DNA of 46,208 nucleotides from an uncultured bacterium (GTDB lineage Bacteria; DAOPZR01): NCBI GenBank assembly GCA_964637655.1, contig CAZWUZ010000002.1, positions 1 to 46,208 of the forward strand, read 5' to 3'. Shown piece by piece: positions 18,272 to 28,160 of this stretch (position 1 is its first letter; each line of letters starts with the position of its first letter). The notes under the pieces were generated by a model. It saw only the letters and a program-made list of their open reading frames with translations, ran no database searches and was not told where the DNA came from. The position numbers and the translations under genes were made by a program.

Positions 18272-19962
18272 TCACGATTGTCGTCGCCGGTGAGACACTG
18301 CCGCCGGACGCACCGCCCGGGCGGACATACTACCTCGGAACATCATGCCCGCCTGCCTGGCGGGAACGCTGCTGTCCGCTGCCGCAGCTGCAGGCAGTCG
18401 CACTCGCGCATCGCGACGAGTATATCCGGCAGGCGGCGCAGTGGCTGCCGGAAGACCCGGGGCTGGCCGGGTTCACTTCAATACTGGCGGAAAAACGCTA
18501 CGCCGGACCGAACCTGTACCACGAGATCTGCTCCCTGCTCGCTGCGGCTGAACTGGTGCGGGACCTGCCGGACGGCGAAACCGTCTGGCTGCTGGCGCCG
18601 CACGCCGCACTGGCGCAGACACTTGCCGACTGGCTGCCCCGGACGACGGGACGGAAAGGCCAGGTGCTGCCGGGAAGACAGGCCGGGCGTGTGTCGGGAC
18701 AGATACGCCGGTTTCTGCGCAGCCGCTGGCGGGAGGCCCGCCGGGTAGTGCATGCCTGGCGGCGGGTACGGCGGATACCGTTGCCGGCGTTGACCGCGCC
18801 GGTGCTGGTGCGGACCTGGCTTGACGGGCGTGCAGTGCGGGACGGCAGTTATCATGACAATTACCTGGATGGTGTGGCACCGGCCGGTGATGCGGCCCTG
18901 TACTGGGTTGCGGCGGGCAGCGCCGGAGTAAAACTGTGGGAACTGCTGCCCCGCTGCGGCGGCAGGGTGCTGTGTGACGAGCAGTTGCTGACGGCGGCCG
19001 ACCTGGTGCGGGCTTTCGTGCGCGCCCTCCTGCCGCCGCGCGCGCTGCCTGCGTACCGGTTTGCCGGTATCGACATCACGCGGCTGTGCCGGCGCGCCCT
19101 GCATGAGGACTGGCTGAACAACCGTTTCTGCGGGTACCTGCGGCAGCAGCAGGCACTGCGCCGCTACGCGGCGGGCGGCGGGCGCCCGCGCGAGATCTGG
19201 TACCCGTGTGAAAACCAGCCGTGGGAAAAGGTGCTGAACCTCACCGCGGCAGAACTGTTCCCCGGTGCCCGGCGCTGCGGATACCAGCATGCGGTCCTCT
19301 CACCGCTGTTTGTCAGTTTCTTTGATGCGCGTGAACTGAGCGAGCGCTTTCCCGCGGCCTATCCGCATGTCATACTGAGCGCCTCGCCGGCGGCGACCGC
19401 ACGGCTGTATGAATGGTTCGGCGACCGGGTGCGCAATGCGCCGGCCTGCCGCTACCGGCATCTCGCCGCGCCGCCGCGGGCAGCAGCGACCGGAGACGGG
19501 CTGCTGGTGGCGCTGCCGGCCGATGCGGCGCTGGCGGACGAGGTGCTGCGCCTGCTGGTCGCATGCCGCGATGCGGTCAGCAGTCGCTGCGAGGTGCGGC
19601 GCCATCCGGCCTGCGGGGTGCCGCTCGAGCAGCTCCCGCGCTGGCGCGAATTGCGCGACTGGTGCGTGGCGGGCGCGGCGGACGAACCGCTGACCGCGGC
19701 ACTCGACCGGGCGGCAGTGCTGCTCTATGCCGACTCCACGGTCGGGCTCGAAGCGCTGCACGCGGGGATCCCCGTCATCTGCGTGGGTAATCCGTTTGCG
19801 CTCGACTGTGACGTGCTGCCGGCCGCCCTCAAGCGCACGGTCAGCGATGAGGCGGCATTGCGCCAGGCGCTGGCGCAACCATACCTGCCGGTGTTTGCCG
19901 AGCGTCGCGCCTTTCTGGCGGCGCAGTTCAATACCGGTCCGGTTGCGACGGAGGAACAATGA
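18268..19962 (+). CDS. Large unassigned surface-carbohydrate biosynthesis protein (GT-B-like)
   Basis: YPCENQPWEK, GYQHA, RRHP, STVGLEALHAGIP; ATGA-coupled. Confidence 0.65.
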   Translation: MITIVVAGETLPPDAPPGRTYYLGTSCPPAWRERCCPLPQLQAVALAHRDEYIRQAAQWLPEDPGLAGFTSILAEKRYAGPNLYHEICSLLAAAELVRDLPDGETVWLLAPHAALAQTLADWLPRTTGRKGQVLPGRQAGRVSGQIRRFLRSRWREARRVVHAWRRVRRIPLPALTAPVLVRTWLDGRAVRDGSYHDNYLDGVAPAGDAALYWVAAGSAGVKLWELLPRCGGRVLCDEQLLTAADLVRAFVRALLPPRALPAYRFAGIDITRLCRRALHEDWLNNRFCGYLRQQQALRRYAAGGGRPREIWYPCENQPWEKVLNLTAAELFPGARRCGYQHAVLSPLFVSFFDARELSERFPAAYPHVILSASPAATARLYEWFGDRVRNAPACRYRHLAAPPRAAATGDGLLVALPADAALADEVLRLLVACRDAVSSRCEVRRHPACGVPLEQLPRWRELRDWCVAGAADEPLTAALDRAAVLLYADSTVGLEALHAGIPVICVGNPFALDCDVLPAALKRTVSDEAALRQALAQPYLPVFAERRAFLAAQFNTGPVATEEQ

Positions 19963-20954
19963 CGATGCAGGTGCTGCTGGCCGGGCCGCACTGGTACGGC
20001 GATATTACGGACTCGGTGGGGCGGGCGCTGCAGCAGGCGGGGGCTCGTGTGGTGCTCCAGTATACCAACCCGCCGGCAGGGATGCGGCCGGGGCGGCTGG
20101 CGCGACTGCTGCCGGGCGACGCCGCGCGGCAGCGGCGGGCGCTGCTGGCCGCCAACCATGCGGCCCTGGTCGCCGCCGCGGCAGCGGTCGACCTGGTGCT
20201 GGTCGTTGCCGGGGAGAATATCGCAGCAGAGACCGTCGCGGCAATGCGACAGCGCGGCTGCCCCGTAGCCATCTGGCTGATCGACGACCCGTTTGTGCAG
20301 TGGCTCGACCCGCCGCGTGCACGCCAGCAGCTGCTGGCAACCCTGCCGCACTACACGCACCGCTTCGTGTTTGACGATTATTACGTCGACCGTCTGCAGA
20401 GTCATTTCGGCGGCAGTAACCGCTCCCTGCCGCTGGCGTATGATCCGGAATTGTACACGGCGCAGGAACGTCCGGCCGCGTACCCGCTGGTGTTTGTCGG
20501 CACCGGCTACCCGCAGCGGCGCGAACTGCTGCAGGGGGTGGCGGACCTCGGGCTTGGCCTGTGGGGCGAGGGGTGGCGCGGCATGGAGGCAAACGTGCGC
20601 GGCGGCACCACGACACCGCAGCAGACGAACGATATCTATGCGCAGGCGCAGGTCATCATAAACCACAACCACCCGCAATCGGTATGGAGTGTCAACGCGC
20701 GCACCTTTGAGGCGCCGGCAACGGGGAAACTGCTGCTGACCGATATGCGGCGCGACCTGTCGCAACTGATGATTCCTGACGTAGAAGTCGTCACCTATGC
20801 CGCGCCGGCGGAACTGCGGGAGAAGGCGCAGTACTACCTCGCGCATCCTGACGAAGCGAAACGTGTTGCCGCTGCCGGTGCCGCTCGGGTACAGCGCGAG
20901 CATACCTACAGTCATCGCCTGCGCGTGCTGCTGCAGGAGTGCGGCCGTGGCTGA
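19959..20954 (+). CDS. CgeB-family glycosyltransferase
   Basis: WLIDDP, PLAYDP, FVGT, NARTFEAP, HTYSHR. Confidence 0.85.
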   Translation: MTMQVLLAGPHWYGDITDSVGRALQQAGARVVLQYTNPPAGMRPGRLARLLPGDAARQRRALLAANHAALVAAAAAVDLVLVVAGENIAAETVAAMRQRGCPVAIWLIDDPFVQWLDPPRARQQLLATLPHYTHRFVFDDYYVDRLQSHFGGSNRSLPLAYDPELYTAQERPAAYPLVFVGTGYPQRRELLQGVADLGLGLWGEGWRGMEANVRGGTTTPQQTNDIYAQAQVIINHNHPQSVWSVNARTFEAPATGKLLLTDMRRDLSQLMIPDVEVVTYAAPAELREKAQYYLAHPDEAKRVAAAGAARVQREHTYSHRLRVLLQECGRG

Positions 20955-21999
20955 GCGACGTCCGCACCTCTGGCGGCTGCGGCTGGCGGCGCTGGCGACC
21001 GGTCTGCTGGCCGCCTATGCGCTGCTGGAACTGGCAGGCGGCATCCTGCTGCTGGCGGAGCAGACCACGCTGGCAAACCCCGCGCTGCGGGAGCAGACGG
21101 AGGCGCATGGCCGGCGAATCGCTGACCGCAACGGCTGGCACCTCGCGCCTGACTGCGTGCTGAAAGACGGGGAGGGGATAGCCTACCGTATCAACAATCT
21201 CGGGTTCCGCGGTCCGGATGCCGATTTGGCGGGGTTGCGCGAGGACACGCGTGTTGTCATCGGCATCGGCGACTCGTGCATGTACGGTGCCGGCGTGCCG
21301 GAACAGGGAACCTTTACCGCGCAGCTGCAGCGCGCGCTGGGGGACTCGACGCCGGTGCTCAACACCGGCATCAGCAGCACCGGGTACGAGGAATACGGGC
21401 GGCAGTTGCAATACGTGTACGACGACCTCGGCCTTCGTCCGCGCGCGGTCGTCGTCATGCTCTGCGCCAACGATATCGGCTGGTTTCCGTACACCTACAT
21501 CGAGATGGCTTACCCGAAGCGCGGGTTGCTGAACATATTGCCGGTGCGGCCGGTGGCGTGGTGGCGCGGCTGGTCGCTGTGGTACCGCGGGTTCGTGCAG
21601 ACGCGCATTGACCCGCTTCGCCTGCCGCTGCTATCCTACACCGCGGCAGGAGAAATGCCGCCGCGGCTGCGCGCGATGCGTGTGGCGCAGACTTACCGCA
21701 TGCTTGACGCGGTGCGGCAGATGGATGAACGCTGCCGTGCCGCCGGGACAAAACTGCTGACCTTTGTCCTGCCGTCCGGCTATCAGTATGAGCCGGCCGC
21801 GCTGCACGACAATCTGCTTGACGCGGAGCGGTTCGGACAGGAAATGCGCCTGGTGCTGCGCGTGCCGCTGCTTACGCAGGAGCGGCAGGGGATCATGCAG
21901 GAACGGAAATGGATGCTCGATTCGGTGCATCCGTCAGCGGAATTTCACGGCGCGATGGCACGGGATGCTGCGCGCTGGCTGCAGGGAGATGAACCATGA
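20947..21999 (+). CDS. Membrane-anchored SGNH/GDSL hydrolase or O-acyltransferase
   Basis: GTG 20947, N-terminal TM segment, INNLGFRG, GDSCMYG, NTG, ANDI, DSVHP. Confidence 0.8.
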   Translation: MAERRPHLWRLRLAALATGLLAAYALLELAGGILLLAEQTTLANPALREQTEAHGRRIADRNGWHLAPDCVLKDGEGIAYRINNLGFRGPDADLAGLREDTRVVIGIGDSCMYGAGVPEQGTFTAQLQRALGDSTPVLNTGISSTGYEEYGRQLQYVYDDLGLRPRAVVVMLCANDIGWFPYTYIEMAYPKRGLLNILPVRPVAWWRGWSLWYRGFVQTRIDPLRLPLLSYTAAGEMPPRLRAMRVAQTYRMLDAVRQMDERCRAAGTKLLTFVLPSGYQYEPAALHDNLLDAERFGQEMRLVLRVPLLTQERQGIMQERKWMLDSVHPSAEFHGAMARDAARWLQGDEP

Positions 22000-22751
22000 T
22001 TGCTGCGCTGCTGCTGGGCCGCAAGGGGAGCGTCGGCTTCCCCGGCAAAAATCTCCACCCGCTGCTCGGCCGCCCGCTGGTGCTTTACCCGATGCTGGCC
22101 GGGCTCAAGGCACAGAGCGTTGACCGCGTCTATGTTTCCACCGATTGCGAAGAAATCATGGCGGTGGCGCGCGCGCACGGAGCCGAAGTCATCGTCCGCC
22201 CGCCGGAACTCTGCTCAAAGACCGCGCTCGGGGAGGACGCCTACGCGCACGGCTACCGCGAAATCACCGCTCGCCACGGGGCGGAACCGGAACTGCTGGT
22301 GCTGCTGTTCGCCAACGCCGCCACCATACTCGCCGCGACCGTCGACGAGGGGGTGCGGGTGCTGCGCGAGCATCCTGATTACGATTCCGCGGTCAGCGTA
22401 TCCCGCTACAACATGTGGAGTCCGCTGCGCGCGCGGCGGGAAACGTCCGAGGGGCTGCTGCAGCCGTTCGTGCCGTTTGCCACGTTCGGCGACCCGAAAA
22501 CGCTCAACTGCGATCGCGACTCGCAGGGCGATGTCTGGTTTGCCGACATGGGGGTTTCAATCGTCCGCGCGCGCTGCCTTGCCAATTTGCAGGAGGGACT
22601 GCTGCCGCAGAAATGGATGGGGCAGCGCATCTTCCCGCTCAAGCAGTGGGGCGGGTGCGATGTCGATTACGAATGGCAGCTGCCGGGGGTTGAGTACTGG
22701 CTGCGGCAGCACGGGTTCAGCGACAGTGTGACCCCGTACGACGGTAAATGA
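21996..22751 (+). CDS. Divergent NeuA-like cytidylyltransferase
   Basis: LGRKGSVGFPGKN, VSTD, RPPEL, DVDYEWQ. Confidence 0.85.
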   Translation: MIAALLLGRKGSVGFPGKNLHPLLGRPLVLYPMLAGLKAQSVDRVYVSTDCEEIMAVARAHGAEVIVRPPELCSKTALGEDAYAHGYREITARHGAEPELLVLLFANAATILAATVDEGVRVLREHPDYDSAVSVSRYNMWSPLRARRETSEGLLQPFVPFATFGDPKTLNCDRDSQGDVWFADMGVSIVRARCLANLQEGLLPQKWMGQRIFPLKQWGGCDVDYEWQLPGVEYWLRQHGFSDSVTPYDGK

Positions 22752-23599
22752 CCGTGACGGAACGCATCCTGGTAACCGGAGCGGACGGCTTCGTCGGGCG
22801 TCTGCTCGTGCCGCGGCTCGCGGCTGCCGGATATGATGCGATATCGTGCGATCTCAGGCAGGGTTGCGACCTGACGCAGCCGGGCACGCTCGAACAGTTC
22901 CGCGACCGTGCAATACGTACGGTCATCCACCTTGCCGGACTGGTTTTTGTGCCGGCGAGCTGGGGTGACCGCGATGCGTTCATGCGGGTCAACGCCGGCG
23001 GCACACAAAACGTGGCAGCGTTCTGCCGTGCCGAGGGGGCGCGCCTGCTGCTGGTCAGCGCCTACGTGTACGGGATACCGCAGTATCTGCCGGTCGACGA
23101 GCGCCATCCGGCACAGCCGAACAATCCCTATGCCGTGTCCAAACTGGCAGCGGAAGCGGAAGCGCGTGCCGCGGGGGTGCCGCTCACTATTGTCCGTCCG
23201 TTCAATCTCTACGGGCCGGGGCAGGATGAACGCTTCCTGATCCCGTCGCTGGCGGCGCAGGCGCGTGCGGGCGCGGAGATTGCGGTCAACGACCTTGCTC
23301 CGCGCCGCGATTACCTGCACGTGGATGACTTCTGCGCGGCGCTGCTTGTCCTGCTGGACGGCGACTGGCCGCAGCCGCGCCTGTTCAATGCCGGCGCCGG
23401 CGTGTCGCAAAGCGTCGGTGAAGTTCTGGCTCTGCTCAATGAACTGCGCGGCGGCACCCTGCGCTGGCGGGAACGCGGCATCCGCCGTGCCAACGAGATA
23501 CCAGATACCGTGGCCGACTGCCGCGCGCTGCAGTCGGTGACCGGCTGGCGTCCGCGCGTGGCGCTGCGCGACGGTCTCGCGGCGCTGCTCAGCGAATGA
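22748..23599 (+). CDS. NAD-dependent epimerase/dehydratase/reductase (RMD-like)
   Basis: TGADGFVG, HLAG, YAVSK, RPFNLYGPGQ. Confidence 0.88.
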   Translation: MTVTERILVTGADGFVGRLLVPRLAAAGYDAISCDLRQGCDLTQPGTLEQFRDRAIRTVIHLAGLVFVPASWGDRDAFMRVNAGGTQNVAAFCRAEGARLLLVSAYVYGIPQYLPVDERHPAQPNNPYAVSKLAAEAEARAAGVPLTIVRPFNLYGPGQDERFLIPSLAAQARAGAEIAVNDLAPRRDYLHVDDFCAALLVLLDGDWPQPRLFNAGAGVSQSVGEVLALLNELRGGTLRWRERGIRRANEIPDTVADCRALQSVTGWRPRVALRDGLAALLSE

Positions 23600-24558
23600 A
23601 CATCTGGCCGGCGGTGTTCCGTTCACCGCGCCTGCAGCGCTATCTGCCGGATGCGCTGTTGCGCATGGGCAGCACGCAGCTGCTGCGCGCGCATCTGGCC
23701 AGCCCGGGGCGCGGGACGACGGTTGCCCTGCACAACGTGGCGCCGCCGCCGGCAGACAACCGGCTGAACATGGCACTTGCCCCGCGCAATTTCGCGGCGC
23801 AGGTGCGCCAGTGGCGGGACACGGCCCGGCTGACCGGTGACCTGCCGCGGGCGGGGGAGGCGCTGCTGACGATTGATGACGCGTCTGCCGGGGTGTTTCG
23901 GCATGCGCTGCCGGTGCTGCGGGAATGCGGCGTGCCCGCGGTGCTTTTTGTCGCCCCGTGGTTCATCGGGCGGGCTGAAGCGTTCTGGTGGGATGCGCTC
24001 TACCGCTGGCTGGCGACGCTGCCGCGTGACGGCAGCGTGCACGCGTTGGCCGGCGAGACGTTCACGGCCGGGGCCGGACTCGACGTGCCGGCATTGTTCT
24101 ACCGCCTGCTCGCCCGCCTGTGGGACCGTCCGCCGCAGGAGAACTATGCGAAACTGCAGGCGGCCGGCATCACGACCGCTCCCGCGGATGATGACTGGCG
24201 ACCGATGACGTGGGGCGAGGTGCGCGCCTGTGCCGCGGCCGGGGTACGTATCGGCTGTCATGGTTTCTCCCATCGGCGGTTTGCGGCACTCGGTGAGACG
24301 GCACTGACGGAGGAACTGGCGGCAGCGGAAGCGCTGTTTGCCAGTGAACTGAAAATGAAACCCGACCTGCTGGCGGCGCCGTACGGGGCACCGGGAACGT
24401 GGAACGCAACGACAGTCGCGGTAGCACAGCGGCGCGGGTACCGCGCGCTGTTCCTGTACGGTGACCGTCAGGCGGGCGGGGATTTGACAGCCGACCGGAT
24501 CAGTGTCAGAAATACACCGTACGTGCATCCCAAGACGTACGAAGGGACGGGACTATGA
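23596..24558 (+). CDS. Polysaccharide deacetylase (NodB family)
   Basis: TIDDA, HGFSH and APYG motifs. Confidence 0.8.
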   Translation: MNIWPAVFRSPRLQRYLPDALLRMGSTQLLRAHLASPGRGTTVALHNVAPPPADNRLNMALAPRNFAAQVRQWRDTARLTGDLPRAGEALLTIDDASAGVFRHALPVLRECGVPAVLFVAPWFIGRAEAFWWDALYRWLATLPRDGSVHALAGETFTAGAGLDVPALFYRLLARLWDRPPQENYAKLQAAGITTAPADDDWRPMTWGEVRACAAAGVRIGCHGFSHRRFAALGETALTEELAAAEALFASELKMKPDLLAAPYGAPGTWNATTVAVAQRRGYRALFLYGDRQAGGDLTADRISVRNTPYVHPKTYEGTGL

Positions 24559-25545
24559 ACTGGCAGCGGAAACAGGTGGCGGTGACGGGAGCAGGCGGAT
24601 TCATCGCCAGCCATCTCGTCGAGGAACTGGCAACGCGCGGGGCACGCGTGCGGGCACTGGTGCGCTACAATTCGCGCAACGATCGCGGCATGCTCGAGCT
24701 GCTGCCGGCGGAACTGCGCCGCAGCGTCAGCGTTGTCGCGGGCGATCTGCGCGACCCTGAGGCGATGTATGACCTGCTGGCGGGGTGCGACACGGTGTTT
24801 CATCTCGGGGCGATTATCGCCATACCGTATTCCTACGAGCATCCGCGTGAAGTGGTGGAAACGAACNNNNNNNNNNACACTGAATGTGCTGCAGGCGGCG
24901 CGCCGACACAACCTGCGGCGGGTGGTGCATACCTCGACCAGCGAGGTCTACGGCACCGCGCGGCAGGTACCGATCAGCGAGACACACCCGCTGCAGGGGC
25001 AGTCACCATACAGCGCAAGCAAGATCGGCGCGGACAAGATCGCCGAGAGTTTTTACTGCGCCTACGGCCTGCCGGTCGTCACGGTGCGTCCGTTCAACAC
25101 CTACGGGCCGCGCCAGTCGGCGCGCGCGGTCATCCCGACCATCATCACGCAGTTGCTGGCAGGGAACACGCTGAAACTCGGGTCACTGCATCCCACCCGC
25201 GACTTCTGCTATGTCGCGGACACCGTGGCCGGGTTCATTGCCGCGGCCGCGGCGCCGAAGGCGGCGGGTGAGACCATCAACCTCGGCACGGGGCAGGAAA
25301 TCAGCGTCGGCGACCTGGTGGCGCTTATCGGTGCGCTGCTGGACGTGCAACCGAAAATTGTCTCCGACCGGCAGCGCCGGCGTCCGCAAAAGAGCGAGGT
25401 GGAACGCCTGCTTGCCGACAACCGCAAGGCGAAAAAACTGCTCGGCTGGCGGCCGCGGGTGAATTTGCGCGACGGGCTGCTGCAGACCATCGCCTGGCTG
25501 CGTGACCATCGGGATCGCTACAAGGCGGGAGAATACAACCGATGA
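24555..25545 (+). CDS. legB: NDP-sugar 4,6-dehydratase, LegB-like; spans a 10-N gap
   Basis: TGAGGFIASHL, RYNSR, IAIPYSY, HTSTSEVYG, QSPYSASK, RPFNTYGPRQSARA. A 9-nt fill restores ETNxxxTLNVL. Confidence 0.82.
24867..24876. other. Assembly gap (10 N)
   Basis: Run of N. Confidence 0.99.
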
Positions 25546-26243
25546 AACGAACGCATGTGCCGCAGGCAGTCATCATGGCGGGCGGACTGGGGAGCCGGCT
25601 TGCCCCGCTGACCAAGGTTATCCCCAAGCCGCTGCTCCCCGTCGGTGAACGTTCGGTGCTCGAAATCCAGCTGCAGCACCTGAAGAAGAACGGCTTTCGC
25701 GAAGTGTTCCTCGCTCTCAACTACAAGGCGGGGTTGTTCGAGGCCTATTTCGGCGACGGCAGCGCGCTGGGTCTGCGCCTGCAGTACAGCCACGAGGAGA
25801 AGCCGCTCGGTACCGCCGGGCCGCTGCGCCTGCTGCGCGACCGCCTCACCGGCCCGTTCCTGCTGGTCAACGGCGATATCCTCACCAACATGAATTACCG
25901 CCGCCTGCTGCAGGAACACCGGCGCCAGCGCGCGGATTTCACCGTGGTGACCAAGCAGGTGACGCTGCCGTTGCACTACGGGGTGGTGAAGCACCGCCGG
26001 GGTCGGATCCAGGATATCATCGAGAAGCCGTCGCTGACCGCGGAGATCAACGCGGGCATCTACGTCATCGACCCCGCCATGCTGGCATACCTGCCGGCGA
26101 AGGGGGCCTGTTCCATGGACTGGTTCATACGCGCGCTGCTGCGCGACCGGCGCCGCCTTGGCGCCCACCTGATGCATGATTACTGGCTCGATATCGGACA
26201 GATGGATGACTATCACCGCGCCCAGCAGCTGTTCGTGAAGTAG
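25542..26243 (+). CDS. Sugar-phosphate nucleotidyltransferase (PtmE/LegX-like, no CBS domains)
   Basis: MAGGLGSRL, PKPL, EEKPLGTAG, NGDIL, EKP, WLDIG. Confidence 0.88.
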   Translation: MKRTHVPQAVIMAGGLGSRLAPLTKVIPKPLLPVGERSVLEIQLQHLKKNGFREVFLALNYKAGLFEAYFGDGSALGLRLQYSHEEKPLGTAGPLRLLRDRLTGPFLLVNGDILTNMNYRRLLQEHRRQRADFTVVTKQVTLPLHYGVVKHRRGRIQDIIEKPSLTAEINAGIYVIDPAMLAYLPAKGACSMDWFIRALLRDRRRLGAHLMHDYWLDIGQMDDYHRAQQLFVK

Positions 26244-26252
26244 GAGAAGGAA

Positions 26253-26555
26253 ATGATCAGGCATATCGTGATGTGGCGGCTGCAGGAACAGGCGCACGGC
26301 AATGACAGGGCGACCAATGCGCGGCTCATCCGGGAGAAACTCGAGGCGCTGCGCGGGCGCATTCCCGGCCTGCTGGCGATCGAGGTCGGAACTGATTTCT
26401 CTGCGACGGAGCAGAGTGCTGATCTCGTCCTGACGACGACCCACGAATCACGCGCGGCGCTTGACGCCTACCAGACGCACACGGAACACCAGGCGGTGGT
26501 GCCCTTCATTCGCGCCGCATGCTGCGAACGCCGGGTCGTCGATTACGAGGCCTGA
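26253..26555 (+). CDS. Dabb family (stress-responsive A/B barrel) protein
   Basis: [34 protein letters not shown]. Confidence 0.88.
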   Translation: MIRHIVMWRLQEQAHGNDRATNARLIREKLEALRGRIPGLLAIEVGTDFSATEQSADLVLTTTHESRAALDAYQTHTEHQAVVPFIRAACCERRVVDYEA

Positions 26556-26572
26556 ACGGACAGGAGCGGGCA

Positions 26573-26893
26573 ATGGCGTGGCTTATCCTGACGGTGGCGG
26601 GACTGTGCGAGGTCGGCTGGGCGGTCGGCCTGAAGTACACCGCCGGGTTCACCAGACTCTGGCCGAGCGTGCTGACGGGCGCGTCAATGCTTGCCAGCGT
26701 CTGGCTGCTCGGCCTCGCGGTGAAGACGCTGCCGGTCGGCACCGCCTACGCGGTGCGGGTGGGCATCGGCGCGGTCGGCACGGTGCTGCTCGGCATCGTG
26801 CTCTTCCGCGAGCCGGCGACGGCGGCGCGACTGCTCAGCGTGCTGCTCATCGTTGTCGGCATCATCGGTCTGAAACTGTCCTCCCCCGTCTGA
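26573..26893 (+). CDS. sugE: SMR efflux transporter, SugE/Gdx type (carries W62R)
   Basis: [48 protein letters not shown]. Confidence 0.88.
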   Translation: MAWLILTVAGLCEVGWAVGLKYTAGFTRLWPSVLTGASMLASVWLLGLAVKTLPVGTAYAVRVGIGAVGTVLLGIVLFREPATAARLLSVLLIVVGIIGLKLSSPV

Positions 26894-26894
26894 A

Positions 26895-28160
26895 TCAGCA
26901 GCAGCGCACTCCCTGACAACCGACAGCGAAGCGCATGCCGCGGGCAGCCCGCGGACAGGGAAGGTCTGCCCGGTCGGCGCAGTGGTAGGAGTAGACCGTT
27001 GCGGGCAGGGAGGCGACCAGTGCGGCGAGCGCGGCGGGACGCGTATGCACGGTAGGGTCGGTGTCGGGTTCGACCTCGTGAAAGACGAGACCGCAGCCGG
27101 AGAACCATGCGTGGCCGAGTTCGGGCCGCCCGAGGCGGGCGGCGAGTCCGGGTGCGTAGCGCGTGTCCCCCGAGAAGCCGACGGTGGCATTCGCGACGGA
27201 TACTTTCAGGCCGAGCGTGTCGTACGGCAGGCAGTGCAGGTTGCGCCGGCAGGTTATGGCCGCGCCTCCCCAGGGAAACGGGTTTCCCGGAACCAGCGGC
27301 AGGAAACGACACCGCTCTGCCAGCGGGTAGCCGGGGAACTGCTGCTGCAGGCAGGCGAAGACCGATGGCGCGGTGAGCAGGTCGGGCCTCCGGCCGCCCG
27401 CGTGCAGGTGTTCGAGCAGCGGCAGCAGGCCGCCGCTGTGGTCCTCGTGGTTGTGGGTGACAATGATGCCGTCGATGCTCCCGGCGTCGATGCCGAGCGC
27501 GACAAGCGCGCGGCACGGGTAGGCCGGCGGGTCGACCAGCAGCGCCCTGCCGGGCCAGCGCAGCAGGAAACTCGCGGTCTCCTCATGCCAGCCGTTGCCC
27601 GCGCCGGCCACCAGCACTTCGAATCCCGACGGGGGCGGCAGCGGTGCCGCAACCGGCGGCAGCACCGGGGGCGGCACCGCCAGCGGCAGGCGGAGCAGTT
27701 CGCGGGAGCGTTCGCTGACCGTCAGTTCCGTCGCGGTCTCGCGGATGCAGACCTGCCCGTGGCGCCATTCCCCGGCAGCAGGGGAGAGGAACATCAGTTC
27801 CTCGAGCACGGGGGGTTCCGTCAGGCGGTGCTGCGCGTCAAGACCATAGGGGACGGTCAGCGCGAGGAAGGCGCGCAGCGCGTGCAGGCGGTCGGCCGGC
27901 CCGAGGTACGTTGTTGCCTGCCGCGACCCGAACAGGTTCTGCCACAGGCAGAACTCCTCGCCGCACCAGGCGTCGCCGTCGCTGTTCACGTCCCGCGGTA
28001 GCACCCAGACGACCGGCGCGGGGTGCGGGACAACCTTGTTCATTCCGGGGCAGGTGCCGATGCGGATGGTCCCCGCGGCTGTACGCACGAGATGGGCGCA
28101 GCGCGACGGGAAACCAATGCGGGTGACGAGCGGGGAAAGTTCGCTGACCGGCGGGCGCAT
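26895..28160 (-). CDS. MBL-fold metallo-hydrolase
   Basis: LLVDPP, THNHEDHSGG, FSGDT, FHE, VHT, YH; ATG 28160 coupled to the upstream TGA. Confidence 0.8.
   Translation of the reverse strand: MRPPVSELSPLVTRIGFPSRCAHLVRTAAGTIRIGTCPGMNKVVPHPAPVVWVLPRDVNSDGDAWCGEEFCLWQNLFGSRQATTYLGPADRLHALRAFLALTVPYGLDAQHRLTEPPVLEELMFLSPAAGEWRHGQVCIRETATELTVSERSRELLRLPLAVPPPVLPPVAAPLPPPSGFEVLVAGAGNGWHEETASFLLRWPGRALLVDPPAYPCRALVALGIDAGSIDGIIVTHNHEDHSGGLLPLLEHLHAGGRRPDLLTAPSVFACLQQQFPGYPLAERCRFLPLVPGNPFPWGGAAITCRRNLHCLPYDTLGLKVSVANATVGFSGDTRYAPGLAARLGRPELGHAWFSGCGLVFHEVEPDTDPTVHTRPAALAALVASLPATVYSYHCADRADLPCPRAARGMRFAVGCQGVRCC

Noticed and set aside
24555..25545. Frameshifted or pseudogenised dehydratase (two ORFs in the track)
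   Set aside because: The shift falls exactly at a 10-N placeholder, and a 9-nt fill restores the conserved frame.
26535..26572. Guanidine-II riboswitch before sugE (ACGA and ACGG present; CCTG-AACGGA-CAGG hairpin touches the SD)
   Set aside because: It needs two well-paired hairpins with G-ACGR-C loops. The first has no stem, the second is closed by an A-A mismatch, and most of the region lies in the Dabb CDS.
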